Of a DNA stretch of 64,000 nt, positions 1 through 13,100 are shown piece after piece. The notes below the pieces were generated by a model that worked only from the letters and a program-made list of their open reading frames with translations, ran no database searches and was not told the origin of the DNA. This DNA comes from Ruditapes philippinarum. Its lineage: Eukaryota. The DNA lies in contig NW_026859677.1 of assembly GCF_026571515.1 (NCBI RefSeq), positions 1 through 64,000 of the forward strand, given 5' to 3'. Positions within the stretch are counted from its first letter, which is position 1; each line of letters begins with the position of its first letter. The position numbers and the translations under genes were made by a program.

Positions 1-115
1 AATTTTTTAAAAAATATAACCAATTCAAGTCAAATTAAAAAAGAAAAAAATATTATATGTCACTTTAATAACTAGTTTTACCTAAGAAAAGAAAAAAAGA
101 GATGCCGTTGTTTAA

Positions 116-833
116 AGGCGCTATGCTAGGGTTACATAATCATATAAAGCAGAATGGAATACTGCATTATAAAATTTATGTAAAGTTCGCACGTTCTTAG
201 TATAATATTGATAACAGAAGCATTTTAAGGTCACCGACCTCGTTTTCGAGTTATCTGCCCTTGCTTTTGAAGAATGTTCGATAATAATTATAAACAATCA
301 AGGATATCAATTGCTAATGTTATCAGTATATCATGTAGCTGACTTATTTTTGAGTATTTCTGTAAAATTGACAGAACATGTAACAAGTATTTTGTGTATT
401 TTGCTTCGTTATTGAAAGATATGCCATTTTAAATGACCTATTCTTAAAGATTTTTCAGTCTCAGTCTCCGTACAAAAATGATTAAAAGGAACAGAAATGT
501 AAAAGAATTCCGTCAAATTTTTTATTTTAGACTTAACAAATGATAAAATGGAGAAAGAATAAACATATTAAACCAGTAGTAAAAAAGTTTGTAAAACTTA
601 TGTATAAGTTATCTGCCATTAAAAAAGACCTAAATTTAATGTCAACAACAACAACAACAACAACAAAAATCAAATTCAAGGACAGATAATTCGAAAATGA
701 GGTCTATGATCACCAATATGTTTCGCGTAAAATGGTTTTGTTATCATACTCAAAGATCGTGCAACGTTAAAATAAATTCTGCTATGTAGTTTTCAGTCTG
801 CTATGCATCTATATGCAACCCTAGCGTACACCT
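116..833. mobile_element. non-autonomous TIR DNA transposon (Kolobok-like) upstream of copy 1
   Basis: ttaa|aggcgctatgctagggttacata ... tatgcaaccctagcgtacacct imperfect TIR. The homologous element upstream of copy 2 is split (about 41123-41600 and 55102-55244). Confidence 0.55.
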
Positions 834-1029
834 GAAAAACACCTGACATTTTGCATATTAGCGTTCATTAACTTGAATGTGTTTGTATAGCATAGTTAGT
901 TATGTTAGTTATGCGACGCTTAGATTATTATCACATTTTATCATATTTGATTGGGTAACTTAGATATTACCCCATAAACGTGTTATCTTGTCCGTATTAC
1001 TGCACTATTTTTACTTCTTAAAAAGAAAA

Positions 1030-1102
1030 ATGGCGGATATCAGTATTATAATATTAAAAGTTTTTCTTCTAAACTTGTGCATTTTTCTTCATTCTGCAAT
1101 AG
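1030..1102 (+). CDS. copy 1 exon 1 (signal peptide MADISIIILKVFLLNLCIFLHSAIG)
   Basis: ATG in aaaATGG context, hydrophobic core, G|gtaagt donor; conserved in the paralog at 55405. Confidence 0.85.
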
Positions 1103-4100
1103 GTAAGTGCTGATCAACATATCTACATATTGTTTTTTAAATCTTATTTTTTAAGGTTGCATATTATTAACACACCTACGTTGTTATGAATGTTTTTTTC
1201 TTCTTTATTTTTGGCTTGCAGCCACGGCTGCAAGCCATCTGTTTTGTTTTGGAAAAGTTGTTCCGGTAAGGTGGTTTCCTGCTTACATTTGTTCGTGCAT
1301 GATTGAACGGGAAACCAGCGGCAATCGTGCCAATCGCAACTTTTCGGCCCTTTCCGTCACTCTTTGGATTAATGATAATAGCCGATGTAGTTCCGATTGC
1401 AATCGTGACAATTCGGGCGATTCCGTCATACTGCGGAATCAGATGAAGTAATATCACGGAAATCTAAGCTATTTTAGTAACTTCGGTAATCCCAGTTTGT
1501 TTATATAAATAGGATTTCTATTTTTACTTGATTTATCGGTTTAAACCGTAATAAATTATAAACGAAATTGTTCCGTTTTAATTCTTTTTAAGACGCAAAA
1601 GTTAGTTTCTTTTATAATTGTTTTTGTCTGTATTAGTTTTATATAATAGAGAATGGTTACTGTATTAGTATTCCGTCTCCAAAGGGTGGTCCTGCTTACC
1701 AAATCACACAGAATATTAGTGCATGATCGAGTTATAATTAGATCTACTGAACGCAATTCAACGTCTTGGTGAGGTTATCTAAAAATACTCCATGCATATC
1801 ATTAACCTTACCACGTGCTGATATACAGATAGCGCATCGTATCTGTGATCGTGTAACATAGTTGATACATGCTTATTAATTGATACCACGTAACGAAGTA
1901 TTTTAGTGCATTTACTTGTCTATAAAGCTGCTATATAAATGAAATTAGCAACTGCCAAAACGAATGTTTTCTCTGCGAAAAAAGTGGAAATGAAATGTGC
2001 ACACTTTTTTCCCTTCAGTATGATAGATAGATCTCCACGTTAGTATTTTTACGATTGATTATTTTCTTTATTAGTTTTATACAATATAGAATAGATTTCA
2101 AATCGTTTTGACAAAAAATATTCGTTTTTTTTTTCACAAAAAAAAACAACTAAATAAACCCTTTATGATATACAAATACCGTAATTCAAAAACATTGTTA
2201 TAATAAATTGAAACAAAAAAATTTTTTTAAAGGGTTGGGATAAAGGCACAACTGAGCAAGCCTTTCCTTTTAAAAGGAAACTTTAATTTTTTTTTGGTTC
2301 ATTCTGTTTGCATAGTTAAATCGCATTTTTTACATAAATTTTCGTTTTTTTTTTATTAAATCAATATGTAGGTTTAACGATCTTAAACATTTGTATCAAT
2401 TTTACTCACAAAATTTATGAAATAAGTATTGAGATAGCAAATCAAATTACTCTAAAAGTAAAATTTGAATTTTATTTATAGATTTGCCCTCTAATATCAC
2501 CAAGTACCGCGCGTCAAATCAATTCTTATATTTACCGCGTAAAATAATTAACAATGAACTACGGTGTTCCGTTGGGGCCATTGCCTATAGATAAAGTATG
2601 CATTTAATTAAGAAGTCTTCAGTACCTGCAGAATTTATATTCATTGCATAAGGCTAGAAGTATATGCTCAACAGTTTACTAACGATTGATCTAAAATATC
2701 TCAATACACTAAATTATCATACGTGCTTGGCTTTTTCCTATGAATTATCATGCTTTCTTTGCTTTCTTCTCAAAATAATCATACTTTCTAAAACATCATA
2801 ATTGTGTCCTCTAGAATATCATATTTTCTTTGTTTTCAGAAAATCTCATGATTCCGTGGTTTTATGTTTATGATTATCATTCTTGCATTGAAAAATGCTT
2901 TAGTTAAACATTCTTTTTTTTTTTTCATTCATCTCATAAATTATTAAAACTTCAGATCGATATCTTCTCAATTATCAAACTTTTATCCTAATGATTATCA
3001 TACTTGCATTAATTAATGCTTTAGTTAATCATACTTTCTTTATTGATTACACAAATCATTAAAATTGCATATCATTATCTTCTTCTTTTAATTATCTTAC
3101 ATTTATTCATTTATCCTTTGGTCAATCATACTTTCTTTGGTTCTTTTTTCACCTAAAATATTGTAACATCATGCTTAAATCTTCTTAATTATCATACTTG
3201 CATGGCTTTATCGTATGGATTATCATACTTGCATTGATTTATCCTTTAGTTAATCATACTTTTTGTGTTTATCTTTCAAATTATCATGATAATTCCATGG
3301 TCGTACCCTATAAATTTCAATATTTGCATGTCTTTTTCATATTGATTAGTATTCTTGCGCTGCTTAAAAATATTAATTATGAAACTTGCATAACTTGTAT
3401 CCTCTCTCTGAATTATCATTTTTGACTGTCACATAAATAATTATAAATGAATGGCTGAATCCTATCAATTGATTTATCAATAAATAACGTGTGCAAGGCT
3501 TAATCCTATGATTTATCATACTTGCATGGCAGAGCCACGTTACCACTGTAAACAGTTACCCTCGAGCTAGATATTCCGGTCTGTACCGGCAGCCGGTGTA
3601 GGATCCTTATATTGCCATGGTATTAACCTATGGATTATCTTGCTTTAATGACATAGTCCTTTATGGATTATACGTGCACATCGGCTCGGGTTATATAAAC
3701 ATGCAAGCAACCGTTTATATAGAACCATATAATCTGTCAAAAAATCTTTAAAGCTAATAATATATTATTATTTAGTAGGGTTATGATACTTTTTGAAAGG
3801 GGCCATATCAAATATTCGGTGCGAAACGTTTGAATCACAGGTAAACGTTGCGTGGCCATGACTTACACTATACCCCCGTTTCCCCTCTACAACCCAAAAC
3901 CTTAAAAAAAAAATTATGAAAAAAAAGATTTTTTTATGACTTAAATATTATAAAGGTATTTTACTCTACTTTCATTTTGCATAGAAATATCACTAGCATC
4001 TCAATTATCAGCGCATATATTCATCAATTTTTCACCAATCTTAACAATCTTGGTCTCAAATCTTAGATAAATAAATACTCTTTAAGAAAACAACAATGGC

Positions 4101-7100
4101 ACCTTCGCTGATTATACGTAGCAAGAAATATCCAAGCCCAAACTGTCAACAAATGAAACTCGGAAGAGATCTGATTGCACCGTTTCGGTAAAACTCTCAC
4201 GAGTAAAACACACTAAATTCACCGTGAAAGAATATTTCTTTGTATTGCGTATTTAAATATGATAAAATTAAAGGAATAAGAATGGATGGATTGATGTCTG
4301 TCTAATATAAATATTCATCATTTAAAAAGAGGAACCATGACAGTTTCCCTATTGACATCAACCCTATAAGAGAGAAATTCGTGTTTAAAGACACTATTTT
4401 TTACTTGAGAAATAAGTTCATGGGCGCCGCCATTTTGGCGTTCTGTCATTCTCGCGAGACAGACGAGACCGAGATTGTGACGTGTTATACCCACTTCCGG
4501 TATAGTTGTACACGCTGGTACAACTGAAATATATCTTGATGAAGAACTTATTAATTTAATTGCGTACATTATATATTATTTATGAAAACATCATATGGAA
4601 CTGAATTGCTTTAATTAATTAATTGAAGACGCCGCGACATTAATTATCATTTGCCCGATATTCAAGCTTGCTGATGATCCCACCACATGATTTAAGCAAT
4701 GATTATTGGGAACTGAAAAAAAATGTGTTGCTATTTTATGACGTGCTGTAATTTACTACAGTACAATTTGACAGGTGTGGAACCAAATTCCCCCTAAGGT
4801 CATTCAGTTCACTGATGAAGCGTAAAAAAATAGATGTCTATTTCGTCATTAGAATATTTGACAAGGGTGATTAACCAATTAGGGCAACATTGTGCATGAT
4901 CAAAAGGTCTGTCGGCACAGAGGCATACAAGGAGCAATAAAAATCGTCAGTACACAGTGTGACAGGAGCATTTGGTGCAAATTAGGAACAATTAAAATGG
5001 ACAATGCGCAGTATTAGACATAAGTAGTAAGAACCAGCAATTGTGTGAATAAATTATGCAAATTAGATTTTTGAGCAGCCAATAAAAATGATTTGCCTGC
5101 AGTTAATATTAGGCTACGATTACGATGCGCAGCATCATACGTTGACAGACATGTTAACAATTTACTTTTCAAAACAGTTGCTTATATTTTTGAAATGTGT
5201 ACATCAATTATAACATATGTTCACACCTTTAAATTTGAAAGTCAGAATCAAACTGCAAAAAATTAATTATATGTACTATTAAGAACACGTTTTATTAGGT
5301 TTTTTATAATGGAAGTGGCTAGCGTGCGGGCCCGTACGGCTAGCCAAAGTTTTAGCCGTACGTGAGTCACGTACGACTAGCAAGGACACGCTGTATTGGC
5401 TAGCCGTACGGCACTTTTCAAAATTTTTATGGAAGTCGAAAATGCATATTTATTTTATGACTTTAAGCGAGGATTTTATCCAAGAAACAGCATTAATTGT
5501 CTTTGGATGTTAACTTTTTAGAGATTAATCGCCTTGATCGCTATATATATCGATCTTTGTCATCGCAAGATGTCGAGAAAAAATAGCCTTTGCTTGCATT
5601 TACACCAATTGAAATAGTTTACAAATTTTTGATAATAATCCTTTTTTGTTTCATTAAGTTTAATTTTCGACACCTTTTATATGAAAAAAAAAACAAAAAA
5701 ACAACAAACACTGAAAATGATTGTTGTTAGGCTCTTGATAATTTCGACAATTACCGACGGTACTGTATCAAGGAAAGTTTGCATGTTCCGTGAAAGGCAT
5801 TCTAAAATTGTCAGTCCCTGGATAGGTTTTAATTAAGGCTAATTAATTGATTGACTGTGCTTTTATGTTCGATATTTATCTACTGTTTTGAAAATTATAT
5901 AATTATTTTTGCATTTCACCGTTTTTTCCATTCAATGTTCTTTTTATTTATTTATTTATTCCACTCCGATCATTTTTTATTCGATCCATGTGCTCTAAAT
6001 TAACAAAAATGATTTAATTATTCATACAAATTAAACAACAAATGATAAGCATGAAAATCAACAATTTTATAACGTTCGACTTCCATATAATTTTGAAAAT
6101 TGCCGTACGGCTAGACAATACGGTGCGTCCTGGCTAGTCGTTCGTGACTCACGTACGGCTAGAACTTTTGGCTAGCCGTACGTTTCTTTATTTATTATTA
6201 TTTTTTTTTTTGATATTGTTACGTATTTTGAACCATAAAAAATCTCCTCTACACCTCCTGTGAAAATTAAATTGTCTGATCAATACTTTATTATATTAAT
6301 ATTTCCTTACGATTCAACTAGATTTATCATGAATCTAAAAGATGTGGGGAAATGACATCACGCGCACCTGTTTTTATACGGCCAATACACAAACATGGCC
6401 GCGCTTACCGATTTGTAGAAATCGGTGATTTAGCGATTTAAATTTTGTTATCATTCGTTTGATATTATTATTTGGCGGCAGAAAATTTGCAGACTTATTA
6501 TTTATAGTATTCTTTTTCTGAAATCAAGTTTTTATTTTAACCTTGGCTTTCCCTTTAAGTTATTATTTATAATAATTGTTCAATCAAAGCATCTTATGAA
6601 ACTATAACGCACCTTTTTTCCTATATGTCAAATTCTAATTCCAAAATGAAAGTAAAATGGGCCTGCAGATTGTTTTCAAATGGAGTATTTTCATTGGTCA
6701 CAGGAAAACCTCGGACCAATGAAAATACTTAAAGGGAAACAACTCTGCTGTGCCAATTTACTTTCATTTTGGATTGAGAATTTGACATATAGGAACAAAG
6801 GTGCGTTTAGTGTAAGTCATGGCCACGCAACGTTTACCTGTGGTTTGAATATTACTCCCTTGACATAAAAAAGAACATATAAAGTTTTGTTTATTCGATA
6901 ATATATGTCGATTTGATTTGACATAAATCTATTGGGTAATGCAACTTGGTAGTTACATAATCCGAAGGTTTAAAGTGAAATTGTTTGATAGAATTATTGT
7001 ATTAATATATATACATGCGCCCTTTAAAGAATTAAAGAACTTGAGCAATTTCCGGCGCATGATTTGCACATAGTTGTGGCTTTTACAATCGTCAACTTAT

Positions 7101-10100
7101 TAAAATTGTGGAGTTATATCGCAAATTAAGCTTAAAAAGTAAAGAGTCAAGATTTATCATTAATATATTCATCCTCAAACATTGAAAAATAGATAAATGT
7201 CTAAAGTCAACATGTAGCTCATATAACAAGTGTAATAGCGAGATAATTATATCAGTTTGCGTGCCTGTATGTCTGGATTTATACCGTTCAATCCACTTAA
7301 AGAGTGTCCTTGAGTTTTTTGTTTATGTTCCCAGAATTCAAGCTACGTGATTATATTGCATCGAGTGAGTCATATATTGAGAGCATGAGCTTGAAATTTG
7401 AATCTTATTCATGTATGCACTTATACGTAGGTTATTATTTAAATAAGATAATAATAAGTTATTTGTGTACGCGCCGAAGCGCGACGCCTCTTATGGAATG
7501 AGAAAGGGCGACAGCAATTCGTCGGTCATAATAGCCGATCATTCCGATTGGTATGAGGATGTTTGATTAACAAAAATGAAATGTAGCGAACAATAAATAG
7601 CGAACTGGAGAATTTCGCTATGCAAACATATTCAATTGAAATTACCTTATCCGTCAATTAATCGCGCTCTTCGGGTTTTTTTTATTAATCATTTTGTAGT
7701 AAGTATACACAGTGGGTTATTGTGTATTACTGTACCTATAAATAGAATGATGACATTAACAATGTGACAGTCCGAAAATCTATTTATAGAAGTTGTTTTA
7801 GTTTAACGAAACGGTCATTCGTGTCGTGCTATGGTTATAAATAACGAATTGGAGAATTTTGCAGGAAAAGAAATTTGAAAAATGAAACATATTCAATCAA
7901 CTAATTGCACTTCGGATATTATAGACCTATATATTTTGGATATTAATAGAATTTCAAGTTCCTGTGGAAAAAAAAAATATTCTAATCTCTAGCATTCCTA
8001 CCAAAGTCCATGATGAACAATGTCTTTCGTCCGCCCATTCATAAATATTATACAATGCTGGTAAAAACCAGTTAACCATTGAAAAGTTTATAAGAATATC
8101 TAGTAATCAGCTGTCTACTAGTTCATCTTCACTTGTCACATTTCTTGCATTGACGCCCTTTGATGCTTGGCATCAATGCTTTTCTTGTTAATGTTATATG
8201 TAATGAAGATTTTATGGACTAAAGGTTATGTGTAATAAAGGTTATTGTCTTGGCTTTGCCAGTGTCACCTACTGATGAAAGTGAATTCAGAAATTTACTC
8301 TTTTTCATTTTAAAAGAAGGTTTATAAATTGTCGACATTTAGCGCTCATCGAGATTAGGTTTGGGGCCTTTTATATGTATAACGGTAAACAAACGTTATA
8401 TTTATACCGTAGATCATAAACGATTAAAGAAATACAGTATAACCCCACTAATGAGACCGCTTATGGTTCAGGAGGAAAATGGTATTTATCACAGAGTGGT
8501 CTGAAATGTAACTCCAAGGGGAACCATTCTAGTAAACGACCCGTGCTACTTGCTATACTTTAATAGCCGCCGTCCACCCGTTCTTGACGAGTATGGTCCT
8601 ATTCGCTTTTAAGGAAATAAACTGACATATTTCTTTCATACAGGCATTTTGGAAGGTTTTTTTTCCTTTTCAAAAATTCAAACAATAAATGTGCAATAAA
8701 TATAAAGCTTTATACACTTTAAATGTGCTAAGGATGGATCTATAGAAACGTGAAAGAGGCCCACATTATATTAGAAAAACAGAAAACATCACTGTGCAGG
8801 AGCGTTCTTTTTTTCTTTTCTTAACAGTACAGAATTTTTATCAACATATTTAACACTATTGAACACTTTTGCATTTCATTTTTTACGCGTTATGTGATAT
8901 CAACGAAATTGAAGACGAATTTCATTTTATACTTAAATTTAAAGTGTAAATAGAATTGCGAACAAATTTGTATAAATTGAATACATTAATCTATTGAATA
9001 CATGTTTATTTTAGGAGCGTCTTCTAGTTTATCATCGAATCAACAGGACTTGAAGTTGAGAGACGGTGGAGGCCGGGTAGAAAGATCTAAAGGGTGTTCT
9101 AATGACGGTAAATCCATAGATTACGCGCATGCATAGTTATTCTGTTTAACCACGAACTCAAAGAAACAATATCTAGGATAAGACTTAAAACAAAATGCTG
9201 TTTAAAGATGAGATAAGTCTTTGCCACCAGAATAGAGCCTGGCCAGCTCGCATATCCGTGCAGCGTGACCAAGCTCTTTATTGCTGGTGACTAAGTCAGT
9301 CTGAGATCAATTTGACTTCCTGTAAAATTTACAGGGAAGAACTGAATATTAGAAAGATTTGCATTAGTCATTTTGAAATTGCTATCTGAAATCCGGGAAT
9401 CTTCAACTTTGAAGTAGTGAAAACCTGTGAAAAATTATTCTGCAGGTGTATGGTTAACTGTGCTATTACTTTATTTATAATTTCTTCTTAATAATAGTTA
9501 GTCGCATTAAATTGTATTATACGATAAAAATCTAGATCGTAAATCGTAAATGCTACTAATTCTATTTTCCCAAAACCTATATTTTTTTGGTAATTTGTAA
9601 CAGTTATCAAAGTACTACTCATTTGCCATATACATGAACTATCTTTTTATATAAAGGCCTGTTGGCAATTTGTATAATAATAGTGAATTAGTCTTTTGTA
9701 TGGAAGTAAAATACTACATGTACTTTGTTTACATTTTGCTACCTTTTTGACACATTTCTGTACGTTCGGCGATACTTTCTTCAGTTGTTAAACAGATACC
9801 AAGCTCTAATTCAATTATTCATTAACACTATCAAATTTTACAGTTCTAAAGTATTTAGAAATATTGATATCTGAAGCTATATGCGACTTTTACCGAATCT
9901 CCAAAAGATAAAAGTATCTGAGAAATGAATTAAAAGCATTGTTTGGACTTATTTGACCTTTAATTTTTCAATTTCTATTATGCTGGGTTAGTTAAATGAA
10001 ATGTGTTATGTCTATCATTAAGTGCATATATTTTCAGCCAAGCAACTTAAAGCGGTTCCAAATCATGCGGATATGTATGGAGGAAGACTTGTTGATCTTT

Positions 10101-13100
10101 CTGGTCCATGTTTCGCGACAGACAAACCGGCATATTGCCAGTTCAAAAACGTATGTTAACGTTTTGCTTTGCTAACATGTTGTTGCCATGAGTAGTCCAT
10201 TTTTACCTTATTTCACCTAGTTATAAACCTACAGGATAATATTGTGATTTGGATGGCAACAGGTGGTAAAATACGATGTTTTCTCCAAAGCTGTTGTTTT
10301 AGGAGGAACCATTAGGTAATAACGGCGGAAAGTGTAATCACTAGTACAGAATTCATGAGGGGGGATTTTCATTTAGTCGCAGCAAACATGAATAATATTA
10401 AAGAGGCGCTATTTCCAAAACAGAGAAGTTCCTGGGAGTTGAATATTGTCCATCTGACATAAAAATTAGATGTAACTTAATTTTAATTTTCTTCCGATCT
10501 GACTTATTAGAAAACTAGAAAAAGGATGTATAAGGATATCTATTTTATAAATGTAAATGTTACAAAATACTTGCAAGTGGTAGTTATCGCCAGTGAAATA
10601 TAAATATTTTGCTTTATCACATACCCTGTGCAGCCTTTGCGTTCTTTTCAGCCACATGACGGCGTAGTCCTAGCGAATCAGGAAGCTGTAGATATAAGCA
10701 GAACACGTGTCCTATGTGTGGTGCCTAGACTTCTAGTACGTGACCGCGTGATTTTAAGTGTTTCAACAGACAATGGGAAAACCTACCCATACAGTACTAA
10801 CTTTACTATTGGTAAGGGATGAATTTATATTCAATTCAGACTTTGTCTGAGTATCACCATAACAAGATTGAAATAGAATTACAGACACAATGTGCTACTG
10901 TTGTAAGATTTGCCATTTATTTAAGGGACTACTGCGGGTTTTTTAATATGACGGGATTGGAAATATTTTTTCGAGATTAATTTTCCATGTGATGTAGGTA
11001 TAGACCAATAACTTATTCGAAAAAATTCACACATTCGCTCCTTTCGTTTTTCCTAAATAATTATTTAAATTGTGAAAAATGACCCTAAATCTGAAAAGCG
11101 TTACCACAAACTGTGCTATGAAAAGCTCAAAAATACGGTTTTTAATATTTCTTGAATACCTTTTGCATATCTTACTATTTTAAGTGTCCAGGAATTCATT
11201 TTTAGATGTTTGAGTTTTTATATACAGTGGTCATTGCTGTAAACATCCCTAAACATCTCCTTGAACAATAAACGTGAAATTATTTCCGGGGCATAATCAA
11301 CCTTTAAAGTTTCATGTCTCGCTCAATTTATTTATTATAGCAGCAGAGTAAAACTTCAATTGTATTCTATTTCTGTTCTTGCTCCAGTTTTTCCCGGAAG
11401 AATGCCACCCTTAGTAAGAAACCTAGGGCGATGGTTCTTTCCCGATGCAACTGTTCTAAGTCTTGAATGGGATAATACATTGCTCACCAACGACCGGAAT
11501 TCTCTGGTTGACATACGACTCATTGGTTTCAAGGAGAATGATGGAAAAGTATAATTACACCATAATTAAGTTCATATGCAACTCATCCGTGCACTTTACA
11601 AGTTTCATCCCATTTTCGCCAAATAAAATTACCGATTTTATGATTTTGTATTAAGAGTGCAGTCCTGTGCTAAATATTTTCAAAGGACTCCTGTCTATCT
11701 TTCAATCTTGACACAACCATTCACCATTAAAATTTGATTTTTCTTTTAAAAAAATCTCATGACAGAATAGTGAACAGTGCAGATCATGATTAGATGGCAT
11801 GGGTGTGCTGGATGGTTTGGGTTTGCACTGGCGAATAAGTATGTTCAGTTGCCGCTAGAATTATTAAAGAAAGCATTGAAATAATAGAAAATGGTAATCG
11901 ATTTTTGGTTTGCATTGCTTTTATCAAATCTTTTTTTTTCTTTAATTTTCAATTTCCTCTATAAATCTACAAGGTGCATATTTATTTTATATACTTTTAT
12001 ATACTAGGTATATAAGCACACACGCACACACAGCGAGGCGATAACTAATGCCCTCCCTGAAATTTATGTTAAAGAAAGTACATGTTGGCGTCTCATTGCA
12101 GGCAATTTACAAACCTTTGATCACCCTTGGTAAAGATGTACCGGCGTCAAATGGTGAGTATGAATTTGAAGCCAGAAACTACCAATGCACAGGACAAGAC
12201 TGTTTCGAGTATGAGGTCGGATTGGTTGAGGTGAAACTACAAGAAAAGTTCACGCCTACCAAGAACAAGTATTTGATACTTATTATGTTCTGTATGTGTA
12301 TTGTCTTAAGATGCTCGTACTATGAAAAAAGATGACGTTTAAACTTTTGAAGAATGTCAAACACTGTAAAATTAATAGCATGGCATACTCGGGTCAAGTT
12401 AGTTGAGTCTGGTTGATTCTTTTTTTATTTTGAACGGTAGTGGTTATAGTTTATATGTATGGTAAACGATCTCATACCATTATAATAAAGAATACAACTC
12501 GAGGTCCTAAACTCAATCGGGATTATGTCACATCGGTATTGTGTCTTATCATCACTTCTTGCATGATTACAAGGTTATCGCATGCATATAGTAACAAACT
12601 TTGATTTATTTATTTTACAGGTTTTTGTCAACAAATCGTGTACCACTCGGTTGGTTTGTCAGAAATGTAATGAAAGCAAAATACGGCTCGGATTGGCCCT
12701 CTGATTTGTGTATGAAATGGCATAAAAGCTCTTCTCGGGACATGAAATGGTTTGGCGAGATTCTTAAATGTCCATGTTCGCTGGCTCAGGCAATCGCAGA
12801 CTTTGGAAGGTGGCAGCCTGATAAAGGATGCAATCTACAAAAGGCGGCCAATCCGCGCAATTGTTTTTACCACAATGCTGCCGTTCATTGCGTGCGTTCC
12901 GTGCAGCCAGTGTAAGTTAAAGTACTTTTTAGCGTTTTGGAATTTTTATTATCATTTTTATTTATCTATTTTGTTGTAGTTAATGTCATCCGTTTTTTTT
13001 CATGTAAAAAATCGTGTCTACGTCTTGTTTATGAGTGAGACATGTAAAAAAAAGCTTAAGTGGATTATCAAATGACATCTGAAAATGCTTGATGATTTTT

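Noticed and set aside
10634-10651. Upstream in-frame acceptor for exon 4
   Set aside because: The AG is absent in the paralog (gcaa), so the acceptor at 10651 is preferred; minor use cannot be excluded.
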